Source: the human T2T-CHM13v2.0 reference genome, Homo sapiens. From it: DNA of 64,000 bases. Positions 48,721-63,184 of this stretch are shown here, piece by piece; within the stretch, counting starts at the first letter, position 1; each line of letters opens with the position of its first letter. The translations under genes and the position numbers were made by a program. The notes under the pieces were generated by a model that saw nothing but the letters and a program-made list of their open reading frames with translations, made no database searches and had not been told where the DNA came from. The stretch lies in NCBI RefSeq assembly GCF_009914755.1, contig NC_060934.1; one strand, 5' to 3'.

Positions 48721-51700
48721 GACATATATATACAGCAAAATAGATTAATATTTAATTTACCCACAGGGCAAAATTACTGACAGGATGTGCCATGAGAAAG
48801 GGCTCTGGCATTAATATACTGAGATATCAGCCAAGGGCTTGGGATCACATAGGTCCAAGTTTAAATCCTGGCTCTGAGTTCAGCTTCCTGTGGGGCCTTG
48901 ACAAATCAGTTCTGTAAATAGAGTTCAAAATACCTACTTCGATGAGGCATTGCACAGCAGTGCCTGGCATATAGTAAGTGCAGGGTAAATTACTATCGAT
49001 CACGAGTTCATTGACATCACCTAGAGAAAATGGCTGCCTTTCATTGTACCATCTTGAAAGAAGGCTGCTAGGGAAAAGCAGGGAGGAGCCTCTGCCATCC
49101 TATTTCTCTAATTAGTCTGCCCGTTCCCCTCTTTTCCATCTTAGCGATCTTTCTGTATCCCTCCCCTCCTTAAAAACTTATCTTCACACTCACCTCCCCC
49201 AGGAAGCCTTCCCTGACCACCCGCTTGCATCATCTACTTAACTGACAGTAGCAGGTTTGTCGCCCCCATTCTATTTCCAATGCGGAGGTTCATGCTTACT
49301 CCACCATCCTTGGACCCTGTGCCCAGGACAGTGTCACCTCTGGCATGGCCACCTGGTTGGCCTGGGGTTCACAAGTATTTGTCTCTTTGACATTCTTTCC
49401 TTCCCCCCATGGTAACCACTGAATCCCTGGGAATCTGCAGGTCCCAAACACACGGCCCTCACAACCCAGAAAGGAGCCATCCTTTCCCAAGGGGCATCCC
49501 AAGCACCTGCAGGGGCCTTCCCCTGTCATCCGCCGAGACAACGCTCTGCGGGAGTCATTGCCTCCCACTGTACCCTGAGAACCAGAGGCCCAGCCTTGAT
49601 GTGGCCTGCCTGGGACTGCCCAGGTTATGCGTGGCACTGCCAGCAATTGGCACCAAACCACCCACACCCATATCCAAGGCCTTTCTGTCACACCCCAGCC
49701 ACTTTCAAGCCCAGAGGTGACCACGTGACTCCAATGTCCCTCCTGTGAAATCCTTCTCTTTCTCTTACCTCTCCAGGGAAACTGAAGCCCACACCAACTG
49801 ACTTTCCTCCATGGTCCGTGTGACTCAGAACTGCTAATTGGGGCTTGGCTCTGGGCAGCCCCCTCTGTGATTAGCACTGGTTTTCCCTGGCACCAAGGGT
49901 GGCGCCTTCTGCCTGGCCCTGCTCAGGGGTGGTGGGAGGCACACACCTCAGCAGTGGGGAGAGACTGGCCTACAGTGAGAGAGGAAACAAGCCCCTTGAA
50001 CCCCACTTTTTTGCAGCCATAATTAGGATGTCGGTGGGATCCCACACAAGGATGTCATGCAAGGCCCTCTCTCGAGGTTGCATCTTACACTTACAACAAG
50101 CACTATCAATATCCCCATTTCACAGATAAGGAAATTGAGGCTCAGAAAGGTAACATAACATGTAGGGTCATGCTAGGCCAAGAAGTGGCAGAGCCAGGAT
50201 TCGAACCCAGGTCTGCATGAGTCTGAAGTCCTCAGGGACCACCCTCCTCATTGGATGGTCATGACAACCCTGTCATGTGCAGACCCTGCCTCTACTATTT
50301 CCATCACACAGATGGGTAAACTGAGGCTCAGGGAGCTCAGGAAACTCAAGGCCATATGGTTGGTAAAGTGATAGATACTGGCTGGCCCCTGATCCAGCCT
50401 TTATTCGGTCCACTGTACACAGACCCTTCCCTTCCACGCCAGGACCCCTCTCCCTCCAGTGTGGCAGCATGAGGGGTAACCAGGAGAGGAGCTGAGGGTA
50501 GGGTTGCTCTGGACAGACATGAGAAGCAGATGGGAATGGGTCACAAAGTTGTTGGATAGGTCACAAAGGGCCAAGTTGCAGAAAGTGCTGGAAGCCAGGT
50601 GGACTTGCCGTGTTGGGCAGGGGGGAGCACGTAGGATCTTACAGGAGGAGTGAAGTGCTGAACTGGCACTCCACAATGCCCCTTGCCCAGCCCGCCCCAG
50701 GGCCTGCCTCCCAGCCCCGGTCCCCACCTCCCCGCTGCCCGGCACTCCCTTCCTCCCTCCCAGGTTGGGGACATTGGGCCACTGAGGTCAGGTCTTTGTT
50801 TGAAGGACAGATAATTAATCCCACAAAGTAATCCCCAGCACACTCTGGCAGATTTATGGAGGTCGCCTCTGTCCTGGGAACTCTGCCTCATCATCTTTCA
50901 TTTCCCAGGCAAAGTGACTGACTTGTTATATCATAGGCCCCACGCCAACAGGAATTTCATTTAGGGGAGTTCTCCAGGTGGAAGGAGATTGATAACCCAG
51001 GCCTGGGCAGGAACCGATGGCAGTCCTGGGGCCGGGAGGGTGGGGAGCAGAGCAGGCATCGCCACCTCCTCTGTCCCCTAGCTGGTCTCCGTCTTTCTCC
51101 CAACATGGGGCTGGTTTCATGGACCTCACCTGTCACAGGCCACAGGGACCCGGATATCATCCAGTTGAGCCTTTCCAAGCCCCAAGATGAGAAAGCAGAG
51201 GCCCAGAGCTTGAGAAAGGGACTGTTTCCCACCTGGCTCTTGGGGCTACTCTGCCCCAGCTGTCCTCACCATTACTTCTCCCTCCCCACTCCCCACCTCA
51301 TCTGCCCTGAAGCTGCCACAGGTACAGGGCTGTCAAGGACAGGGGCAGGGGCTCCTCAGAGCCTGCTGTGGTGGTCCTTGGAGCCTACCTCCCAAGGAGG
51401 CTCCTTTCAGTGCAGGAGGGCAGTAGGGATTGGCAGGACCTGGCAGCTCATCCACCAAGCAGTGAGGAAGGAGAGGTGTGGCCCTGGGGGTCAGGGTAGT
51501 TGCTTCTGGTCTATTGGCTCTGCCTTTAGCTTGCTAGACAGTTTAATGGCTACCATTGTCCACCTTTGCAATACAGGACTTTGGACTTATTTGATAATTC
51601 ATAAATATTTATCAGGCACCTCTCGTACTCACTGCTGGGGATATGGCCATGAACAGGACAGACAAAACTGTCGCCCTCAGAGCCTCTCTTCTAACAGAGT

Positions 51701-52904
51701 GTGTACTCTGTTGTATCCATGATCCCGCCCCACCCCCACCCTCAAAGGCAGGGTAGGCCCAGGCTGTGGGCAACTGGGAAGGGAGGGGAGGGCCTGGCCA
51801 TAGCACAGAGAGTAGGGGTTGGTGTGGCAATGTGTAGGCAGGCACCAGTACCAGCCTTGCCAACTTGGCAGCTCCACGTCGACAGGGACCAAGCATGGTG
51901 GGGCTGGCTCCTTCCTGAGGCTCCACCCGGCCTTTCGTAATTAAAGCCGTAAGTCATCTTCCGACGGGAGCCTGTAGGCTGGGGAGGCCACAGCTGACCT
52001 TGCTTGGGGTTTAGTGCTGGGAGGGAGAGTGAGTACATCTGGGCAGAGGTTTGTAGAGGGAGCTGAAGATCAAAGGCTGCCCTCTGTTCTGGCCTAGGCT
52101 GGGGACAGTGTTTGGGCTCTGAGGCTCTGCTTGGTGCCAGGAGCAGTGCCAAGAGCTTCCTCCACAAGCAAAGAGGTTACTTCCTCTTTTCTATGAGTGC
52201 TGAGTCTCAAGCTTGCAAACACCCCAAGTGACGCCATCTGTCTGTAGCAGGACCCTTTGCTCCGGGCCCTCTCCAGGAGGGCCTATGCCCAGAGTTTGGA
52301 GTGGGAGTGCTATAGGGTATCCACTGCTTTGGAGCACTTCCCAGAGAGCCTGCCTTCCCTCCTGCCGACAGACTAGGGGTCTGTAACCCAGAACAGCTGA
52401 TGGGGAAGGAGGCAGGGCCAGGAACCCATGTAATTGAGAAGGACACCAGGCCACGCATCTGTAGGGTGGCCCAGTGGGAAAGACCCAAAAGTCGCTCCTG
52501 TGACTTCTCTTTTTCAAAAAAGCGGCCAGAGGCTTTGGAAAGATTTGGGTTGTGGAGCCTCCTCCCTGGTCGAAAAGGCAAGGACGTCTCTCTTTTTCCT
52601 GTTTCTCGCTTGCTCAGCAGAAGTTTCTGCCTGTGTGAGCCAAGGGATGGGAGCGTCTTGGGACATCCCTCCCTATCTGGCTGGGCTCATTCATCAAGCA
52701 TTCTCTGAACGCCTACTTGGTGTGGGGCACTGGGCCAAGGGCTTGGGACATAATATGACATCTGGGGCTGAGCCTCCAGCTGGGAGGATGAGGGCATTCT
52801 GGAGGCAGGCTGCCGGGATGAAATGGCCAACCACCCACCCCACCCCACACTCCACCCCACATCCCAGCCCGGGACCCCTGGCCTTTGTCAGAGAAGCAGG
52901 GCCA

Positions 52905-53490
52905 AGTTCACTGGCAAATGTGAAATATTAAATATTTAGAAAAGTACAGAAACCAACACAGCACACCCCCATGTATTCACCACCCTGATAACATTTGTTG
53001 ACATTTTGCCATATTTGCTTTGGATCTTTTTTGCTCTTCTTTTTGTTCTTGTTTAAGAAAGGGAACATTGCAGCTATTGTTGAAGGCACCTTTTCTTTGA
53101 TTTCAATCATCTCAGAGGCCTGTTCTGTGAGCGCTGAGCAGAAAAGGTAAAAACCTCTGATCCTGACGTTGGCTTCAAAAATGGCATCCCTGACTTGAAT
53201 GTGGACTGTGTCTTAGGTGACATTGAGGAATCATTTATTTTATTTAGGGTGAAAATGGCATGTTTTGTTGCATTTTTGAAAGTCCTTATGAGAGATGCAT
53301 ACAGTATGTAAAGATGAACTGGGATTTCCTCTGTTAACACCGTGAAAAATTGGTAGTGTTGTGGGGGGTGATTTTAAGATAAGATTGGCAAAATTTTGAT
53401 GATTGTTGCATCTGGGTGATGGTACCGAGAGCTTCATTGTGCTCTTGTCTCTACATTTGTGTTTCTTTGAAATTTTCCGTAGTAAAACTT
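52905..53490. mobile_element. Old L1M 3'-end fragments
   Basis: tttagaaaagtacagaa...ttgacattttgccatatttgctt and attggcaaaattttgatgattgttgcatctgggtgatgg...tttgaaattttcc. Confidence 0.6.
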
Positions 53491-53818
53491 TTATGTGTGG
53501 TCCCCAAAGCTTCTCAAAGCAGACCAGAGAGCCACATCTGACCTGTGGCCTGGACAGGAGTCCAGACTTGAGCCAGACTTCTGGTCCACCCATCTGGTGC
53601 CAGTTCTGCTTCTAACGTGCTGTGTGTTGTTGACCAAGTTACTTCTCATCTCTGATTCTCACTTCTCCAGGGGATGAAGGAAAAGTTGGAACCTGCTAGG
53701 CTTTAAGCATCTTTCCATTTTCCACCTCTGACACTTGACACATCTAACTTGTATGCTCAGAGACTCCACTGGAGGGAAACTGTGGGAATAGTCCCATTTA
53801 CACCTTCAATGTCTTTCC

Positions 53819-54129
<311 letters not shown>

Positions 54130-54172
54130 ACACCTTCAATTTCTTCAGTGGGTTGGCCCACTGATGCTTTAG

Positions 54173-54643
<471 letters not shown>

Positions 54644-55764
54644 GACCACAGAGCTTTTAAAAGTTGACCTTTCCTATACCCCATGGTATCAGAGTTCCTG
54701 GGGAAACCCTGGCCCTTCTGTTTTCAGACTGGGGGCTCTGACTCTGTAGGACAAATTTGCCATCTTTTCTCATAAATATGATGACTCTGACTCATACTCA
54801 CTCGAACCCAAGATGTTTGATGTTTTCCACATTGCTGAGTGGGTTTGTGCTTAACCAAATCTGTAGTTTTTTTCCTTCAGTCATGCCCTGACCAGAATCA
54901 TCTGCTTTGATGTTATACTCTGAGTCACTGACCAAATGCCGGAAAACCCTCCAACATTAGGAAACTGGGCCTGGCACAATCTGCATCCTTTCTGGTGGAG
55001 CCTTCTAGAAGCATTGTTTCTAGGGAGGAGTAGGAGAAGGAATATAGGCATTGGCATTAAAGGCCATGGCTTCAAATCTCAGTGCGACCACTTACAAGCC
55101 TTATGACTTTTTCACCTCTATCCTCAGTTTACTAATCAATGAGGTCTAACATTTGTTGAGCATCTGTGATGTGCTGGACACTGTGCTGAACTAAGTAGGC
55201 TTATTACCTGCTTTTATCCTCACATCAGCCCTATAAGATAAGAATTACTCCTCCCCTTTTTATGGTTAAAGAAACGCAAGCCCAGAGAGGGTAGATAACT
55301 TGCCCACGGTCACACAGCTAGTGAGAAGTAATGCTGAGGTTCGAACCCTGGTCCTAGCCACTGCAATATCTGCCCTTTCAAAAAGATCAGATCTCCCATG
55401 GCATCTTAAAACTGAAAACGTCCTGGGAATCTCCAGATTCCCTGAACCCCATCCCTCAGGGCCCCCTTGGAGGGTAACGGGGTGCTGGGTGTGCTGGACT
55501 CCACACCCCGTCATCTGCTTCAGCCAGGGCAACTAGCTCTGATTTTGGCTGTTTTCTATACTGGAGCTCTGTGTGAAATTTTGTCTGATACAAGAATCTG
55601 CTACTGAAACAAAGACATTTGAAAAACCACTGCCATGGAAAAGCCCCCTCTTTTTTAAACAGGAGAAAACCCTGAGGCCCAGAGAAGTGAAGTGACTGGC
55701 CCAGGGTCACAGCTGTCTTCTGAGCCCCAGGCAGATCTCTGTTCTCCCTTCAGGCATTGGAGCA

Positions 55765-55802
55765 GGGCCTGGGCTGGGTGGGCGGCGGGGGGGGGGGGGG
55801 GG
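55765..55802 (+). repeat. G-tract cluster ending in G16
   Basis: gggcctgggctgggtgggcggc plus 16 consecutive G (55787-55802). Confidence 0.9.
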
Positions 55803-57579
55803 CTCTGCAGCCCCCAGGGGACCCCTCAAGGTCGGTCATTCGGGCTGGTTCAGCCAGCTGGTGGCCAGTTTCTATGAAGATAACTGTGTCTGAGGCTGGC
55901 TCCCTGAACCTCGTCCGACCACATCTATTTCTGGGCTGCAGAGTCCTGACGGAGCACAATTTGATTCATAAATTACCCGGCTCAAGGTGTGTGTGATGGG
56001 TTCTCCTTCCACAGATTTGAAAGTCATTCACTCTGGAACTTGCAGCACTTGGGGCGGGAGGGCAGGGGCAGCCGTGGCACTGTCAGGATTAGTGTTCATG
56101 GAGGAAAGATGGCAGGGAAGATGGAGAGGGCTCGGACAATCAGTGAGAGCCGCTCTGTACCAGCTCTGTTCTCCCAGCAGCCCCAGGAGGCAGAGTCTGT
56201 CAGTGTCCCTCTTTGGCAAGTGAGGAAACTGAGGCTCAAAGGCAAAGTCACTTGCCCAAAGCCACATAGCTAGAAGTAGTGGAGCTAGGATTTGAACTCA
56301 GTACCCTCTGAGGCCCACACTGCTTCCACATGATCTCAGTGATGCAAGACAAAGGACTGAACAGATGGCAGTTGGAGGGGGAGGCTGGACCCTGGGCAGT
56401 AGGATTTGGAGGGAAGTTTCAGGGGCACCAACCCTCTTTGTCCCACAAACTTCAGGGTGCACCTGTCACTGCCATTGCACCCCACCCTGCCCCGCTCTGC
56501 CCATCTTTCCTGCTTAACGTCATCCAGTCTGTGGCACTGCACAGCTCCACCTGCCCCAGGCACCCAGTTCACCATCTTTGACGCATCCTGACATGGGTTC
56601 AGCACTTTACAGTTTGTAAAGCATCTTCAGATTCCTTATCTCACTGAACCTCTAAACAGCCCTGTGAGAGGGGAAGGTATTCTCACCTCCAAAGAGGAAA
56701 CTGAATCTCAGAATGTCCACAAGCCCCAAATGATGAAACCAGTCTCTTAAATTCACATCCACTCCTTTATGAGTTCTCCAGTCGGCTTCCTCATACATGT
56801 GCCTTGTCCTTCCCCGAAGATGACCAATCTTCCCCATTAGACGGTGGGCTCCCTGGGGGTATGACCCACCCCATACCTGGTACGGACAGGCCCAGTGGTA
56901 GATAGGTGGTCTCTGGTGTCCCCACTTCCCGAGAAGCTTCATCCCTGGGCCCATCTTTCCCATGTCCCATTGCTGGATTGGAGCCAGAGGAGGGGGTGAC
57001 AACACGTCCAGGATGACAGACAGCGCGTGCCCCCTCCTCCTGCCATGGGCTTTCTTCTCCTTGGGCGTCTGATCACCGTCCTCTTTGTTTTCTTAAGTGT
57101 CTCTCCCACTCCTTCCTCCCTCCCCCTCCTTCCCTGGGACAAGGCCTTTCAGATCATCAAATATCAAACACTGCTTATGCACAGACTGAGATGGCTTTAT
57201 CGGGGCTGTAAATCTCCCTGTGCCCTGACCTCTCTTGAGTGCCAAGCCTCGGGTGAGTTATGTGGGCCCTGCCCAGTGACAGGCAGAACAGACAGCCCTC
57301 TGGGAGGCACAGGCTGGGGGACCTGGGGCACCTTGGCTCCCACTCTTAGCCCAAGGAGAGACCCCAGTTGAAGGGAAGCATGGGTGTTTGGGCCTACCTG
57401 CCCCAGGCCCCGGAGGTAACCGGGTGCCAAGCAGGCAGCAGGGGGGGCCTCCTTTTCCTGCTCTCCTTTTCCTCACCTTGCTCACCTCCTGGCCAGACTC
57501 CGGGCCCCAGGGCTGAGGGAGCACCAGTCCCACACAGGAGAGGCAAGGCCCATGGCAGCCATGAGGGCTATGTGAGACC

Positions 57580-57960
57580 CAAAAGACCCAGGTTCTAATC
57601 CCAGCATGGTCACTTAGTAACCATGTATCCTTGGACATGTCACTTCACCTGACAGTGCCTCAGTTTCCTCATCTGATAAATGGGTAGCAGTGCTGGCTTC
57701 ACACGGTATTTTGTGGATCCAGTGAGGTCGTGCATGTGAACAAACATGTGAAGCGCTTGGTCAACAGGCAGAAGCACGCATCTTCCCCATCTCTCAGGGG
57801 CAAGCAGCATGTGGACTAAGCCTGTAGTCTCTAGAGGCAGACAGGCTGGCCTGGAATCCTGGCTCTGTGACTGGCCAGTGGTGTGACTTCAGGCAAATCA
57901 TTTAATCTCTCTGTGCCTCTGTTTTCTCACCTGTAAAATGGGAATAACAATAATAATGGA
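57580..57960 (+). mobile_element. Two tandem MIR SINEs
   Basis: gtgcctcagtttcctcatctgataaatggg and ctgtgcctctgttttctcacctgtaaaatgggaataa cores. Confidence 0.75.
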
Positions 57961-57961
57961 A

Positions 57962-58129
57962 GGCCAGGCATGGTGGCTCATGCCTGTAATCTAAGCAACA
58001 TGGGAGGCTGAGGCAGGAGGATCCCTTGAGCCCAGGAGTTTGAGGCTGCAATGAGCTGATTGTGCCACTGCACTCCAGGCTGGGTGACAGGGTGAGATCC
58101 TGTCTCTAAAAATAAAAAATAAATAAAAA
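57962..58129 (+). mobile_element. Alu monomer (FRAM/AluJ-like)
   Basis: ggccaggcatggtggctcatgcctgtaatc...gagatcctgtctct plus A-rich tail, one arm. Confidence 0.85.
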
Positions 58130-59146
58130 GAATTTTAAAAGCTAAGAGTGGAATAATGACGATGCCCTCACAGGAGGAGGCCTTGAGGAGTAGCTGACCA
58201 ACTCACATGAAGTGCTGAGCACCTCGTCTGCCACGCAGCGGGCCCACAAGAAACGTCAGCCCTTGTTATTGCCCCTTTTCTCTCTGCCATCACCCAGTCC
58301 ATGCCCTCGTCACCAGCAGGCTTTCCTGCCTCCAGCCCAACCCCTGCAGGAGCTCCTCAGAGCCAGACAAAAATCCAAACTGCTTCCTCCTCTGGGCATC
58401 AGCCTCTCCTGACAGCTTCCTGTGAACTCTCTGCTTCTCCTGCTGGCTCCCCACCTGGGAAGCCATGGTCCCACCTCCACCCTTTTGCTCAGGCCAGTCT
58501 CCCCAGCAGGAGTGCCCTCTTCCTCCATACTTACCCCAGCCCTGCCCTCCTCCTCCAGCCTCCTGCAGAATCTTCCAGGGCCTGGCAAGCTGCCCTCAGC
58601 AGGACTGGGCCCCTTTTGGCACAGGTCCTATTTCCTCATCTAGACTAGATGCCACTTGGAAGCAGAGACCTCACCTTTCCAGTGCCTCGCAGCTCCTCTG
58701 TGAGCAAATTCCTTCCTTCATCCTAGCTGATGTAGCAAGACCAGGGCGGGAAAGGCCCCTGCCCTCAGGGAGATTAAATCTGGTGAATTGTTGTTAGTAA
58801 TTGTGGTAACCCAGGGAGAGGAAGAATTACACATTAAAATGAATCAGTTTGCAAAGCAGCCTGCATCTAGCACCAACTTGGAACACAAAGACACACACCA
58901 TCAAACACTGGGGGGTATTTTGGTGCAGTAAAATATGAATAACGTAAAATTTACCATTTTAAAGTGTGCAATTCCGCGGCATTAATTACATTCACAGTGT
59001 TGTACAACTGTCACCACTAGGAAGTTGTAGAACTTTGGGGATTATTTTTTAAAGGAACTTGTATTGACCTTTTTTTTTTAAAAAAAAAAAGAAAGACAAC
59101 AAATGTAATTCAGATCAATCAAAAGAGAAAGTTGAAATGACTGGAG

Positions 59147-59360
59147 CAATGGTTCTTCATTGGGGCGATTGTGCCTCTCAGGAGACATTTGGCAATGTCT
59201 GGAGATTATTTTGATTGTCATATCTGGGGGAAAGTGCTACCAGCATCTAGTGGGTAGAGGCCAGGGGTGCTGCTGAACAACTCACAATGCACAGGACTGC
59301 CTCCCACAACAAAGAATTATCCAGCCCCAAATGCCACAGTGCTGAGTCTGAAAACCTCTG
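59147..59360. mobile_element. MER20 hAT-Charlie element
   Basis: ggagacatttggcaatgtctggaga...gcatctagtgggtagaggccagggg...acaatgcacaggac...aaagaattatccagccccaaatg. Confidence 0.88.
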
Positions 59361-60364
59361 TCCTAGCACTATCACTCAGATAATCTGTGTTCACATTTTG
59401 CTAACATTTCATTCCTTTTTTCTATGTGCACATTTTTTAAGCCAAAAAAAGTATCTTATGGAACTGTGCTGATCATTGTCCTTTTTTAAAACACATCATA
59501 AACACATCTGTTTTTTCAAGTTACAAGCATCTCTTCTGCAACGTTTTAGTGGCTTGCTGCATTTCATATCATAACTTATTTAATGAATCCCCTATTGTTG
59601 GACATCTAGGTTACCTCCAGTTTTTCTTACTAAACAGCACTATGGTGAACATCCTGGTGACTGCATTTATGGGCACATTCATGATTATTCCCTTTGAAGA
59701 AATTCTCTCCATGGCAGTGTAAAGGTTTTTCAGGAAATAGGTTCTTATTTCAGCCATAGTCCCTGGTGATGTCTTTCTGGTCCCCATCAAAACATCCTCA
59801 GAGGACCAGGGGCCGCCTCTCTGAGGCTTTCCATTTTACAGGGAGCCATGCACAGTGCATTGCTGTGGGTGGAAGAGTGTGGCTTGACCCTTAGCAAACT
59901 GGCATGATAGATTTCACTATCTTTGGCTACTCAAGTTAATGCTTCATAAACTGGAGCCAGTTATTAGCAAATTAATCAGGGTCCAGTTTGTAGCCTTATT
60001 AGGAGAGGTTATAATTTGTTGGTTTAAGTGAGCTTGATAAAAACTGTTGTGGTGTAAAATGCCTGTAAGACAAGCGGACTGCCGTTCACACCTACTTGAG
60101 GGACTGGAAGTTTGTCTTACCCTGACTGGACAGTAATAACTAATTAACTGAGATGGCTCAGCTCAAACAAACATAGCACTGTGGCTGCATCAGGAGGGTA
60201 TTACAGCCCCAACTGGAATTACTAATTGGCTGATCCCTCCTCGTGGGCCCTAGTGCAGCTGTGGTGTCTTTATGATGTGTGACATCAGGAGTCACCCCAG
60301 TATCACTCTGCTCCTCAGCCTTTTGGACCAGTCTCAGAGTGGCCCTCAGACATTCCTGCTGTGG

Positions 60365-60640
60365 CCCATTCATCCATTCAGAAAACATTGATTGATCACC
60401 TGCTAGGCATCTGCTGGGCACTTGGGGAAACCAGTCCTGCCCTCCTGGGGCTTACATTCCAGTAGGGAGAAACAGACAATAAGAAACACATAAACAGATG
60501 GAAGAGAGGTTCAGAAAGTAGAAGTGCTTTGAAAGAAATAAAAGAGGATAATGGAGAGAGAGTGACAGGGGTGAGGGTGGGAAGGTGGGGGTAACTGGGG
60601 AGGAATCTGAGGAGTGACATTTGAATGGAGGCCTGAATGC
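60365..60640 (-). mobile_element. L2 fragment
   Basis: cattcatccattcagaaaacattgattga...ctgccctcctggggcttacattccagtagggagaaacagacaataa. Confidence 0.7.
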
Positions 60641-61447
60641 ACACAGAAGAGACCTGCAGGAAGAGGCTCCAGGCAGCTTGGGAAGCTTTGGGGAGGGGCG
60701 GTCTTCCCCCACCCCGACTGACCCAGGATCCTTATGCGGCAGCAGACTCTCGGCAGGCTGGTCCCCTCTCCTGGTTGAAAGCCGAGGTAACCCACACCGC
60801 TGGCTGCCATATGTTGATCGTGGGGCTGTTGAATGTAGCCCAGCCCAGATGCCATCCAGGATGCAGGCCCCTTTTGTCATCAGGCAGCTAAGTAACGATT
60901 TTTAATTCATAAGATGTCTTGCTCAAAGCCCATATCTCATACTGACTCCCAATTTTCATTATACAGTGATACAACTCTATACCAGTCAGAATGATATGGC
61001 TCCGCTGGACAGCGATGGGCCTGCAAGCCAGCCTGCCCCAGGGGCGGGGGCTTAGGCTGCCCACACACAGCTGCTTAATGGGCTACACCTGGCAGGGAAG
61101 ACAGGAAGGGCCAGGGGCCTCTGAATGGGACATGAACTCTTTAGCTTCCTGGAAGCTGAGTTTAATTCCTTGCTCTACCTCTCACTGCCTGGATGATCGA
61201 GTGCAGGTTATTTTTAACCTCTCTGTGCCTCAGTTTCTTCCTCTGTAAAATGAGGATAGTGTGTCTGTCTCAGGGGTTTTGTGAGACTGAATAAGACATG
61301 CATACAAGACACTTTGCGCAGTGCCCAGCACAAGGTCAGAACTCAATCTATGTTGGCCATTGTGGGGCATGCCCCTCACAACTCTGGGTGAGAGGGGCCA
61401 CAGCTGGGACTAGCTTGCTCTGAGTCTACTATTCCGAAAACAGGTAT

Positions 61448-61753
61448 GGCCAGGTGTGGTGGCTCACGCCTGTAATCCCAGCACTTTTGGAGGCCGAGGC
61501 CAGAGGATTGCTTGGGCCCAGGAGTTGAAGACCAGCCTGGGCAACATGGTGAAACCCTGTCTCTACAAAACATACAAAAATTAGCTGAGCGCAGTGGTGT
61601 GCACCTGCAGTCCCAGCTACTAGGGAGGCTGAGGTGGGAGGATCACTTGAGCTGAAGAGGTTAAGTCTGCAGTGAGCTGTGATCAAGCCACCACACTCCA
61701 GCCTGGGTGATAGAACAAAACTCTGTCTCAAAACAAAAGGAAAGAAAATAAAA
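61448..61753 (+). mobile_element. AluJ element with 12-bp TSD
   Basis: Full dimer; TSD GAAAACAGG(T/C)AT at 61436 and 61754. Confidence 0.93.
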
Positions 61754-63184
61754 GAAAACAGGCATGGCAGGAAAGAAGAAACCAAAGTGTCCACCTGCTA
61801 CATGTCAGGCACCACAATAAGTGCCTTACGTACATGATCACTCCTGATGCTCACACAGCCTGGTGAGGTAGGAGTTGTTATCCACACTTTACAGATGGGA
61901 AATTTGGCCCAAAGGAATGAGTGGTTTGCAGGAGGTCTCACAACTGGTAAGTGATGGAGCTGTTGTTGGAACCTAGGTCTTTTTCACATCCTGCGAGTTC
62001 ATGCTCAGTATGCGGTCTTCACCAGGGTGTTGACGTAATAGACTCCAGGCACAGACCATGACTAGAAGAGAGACCATTGGAAGGAATGGAAGCAGATCCC
62101 AGTTCTGCTCCCTTCCCTGGGTAAGGTCCCTGACGCTGGACCTGGGCAGGGCCAGGTGACCAAGTCAGAGGCCACAGTGGAGATCAGGATCGCACAGGTC
62201 AATCTCATCCAGCCTCCTGCCTCCATTCAGACACTGCCATTTAAAGAGATGGCTGCTTAGGCCCAGCTCCTAAGATCCCGAGCTCCTCATAAGCCATGGC
62301 TTTTTTCTTCTCTTCTCTCCCCTGCGGCCCCAACACAGGACTAGGCCCCAAGTATGCCGCTGCCTCTTACATACTGGTTGACCCTTTGGAATTGCTGCAG
62401 AGGGAGGAAGAGAAACTTCAGGCCATCCAACAAATATATAATGAGCGCTGTTCTGGGGACTGCCAGAGATTGCAGCATGAGACCCCAGCCCTTATCCTCA
62501 AGGCCACGCTGGGTCTCCAGGCATGAGAATTAAAGAAGCGCACTGCACAGGGCAGCTGCCTCGTGAGTTCTGAGCCCAGCACTCAAGGGCTCAGAGGAGC
62601 CAGAGGTGGCAGAGCCTCCAGGCGAGAGATGCGGGTGGGCTTCCTATAGCAGGTGATACTGGACCTTCAGAAAGGGCAGTTCCCAGGCCGAGTGGGGAGC
62701 CTTAGGCTTTCCTTTAACTCTGAGTGCAGAAGAGCAGAGGCAGGACTCAGGGGCTGTTAGCCCAGCGGAGCAGACAAAGCAATTGAAAGTCATCAGCCTG
62801 TGTTCCCGCACGCACCATCGGCCACTCACTAAACTGCTTTTCGCCCAGACCCAGCTCTGCTGTGGGTCAAGATGCTGCCAGTGAGATAACAAGGGGACAA
62901 GATGTGGGAATGATGAGATTTGGCAGCAGGCAGGAGGGGCGATGCTGCAGGTGGGGCAGGGGGCGTGAAGGGGGGTAGCCTTCCAGCCTGGAGGAAGAAA
63001 GAGGTAGGGGGATAAGCCTAAGCTCCCCCTGCCCCACATGGCTCGAAGAGAGAGAACTGCCCCGCCCCAACATCAGACCTTCTACCCCCTGCTGCAGCCC
63101 CTCCCAGTCCACTTCTCTCTCCCTCTCCCTCTCCCTCTCCCTCCGACCACCTAGAAAACAGCAGAAGTCCTTTGCTTGACTCTG

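Noticed and set aside
51105-51722. 205-aa ATG-initiated plus-strand ORF as a possible CDH23 exon or nested gene
   Set aside because: No cadherin motifs or other domain and no convincing splice context.
59940-60135. Double hairpin as an H/ACA snoRNA
   Set aside because: Hinge of about 75 nt is too long, hairpins lack clear pseudouridylation pockets, and ANANNA/ACA matches are trivial.
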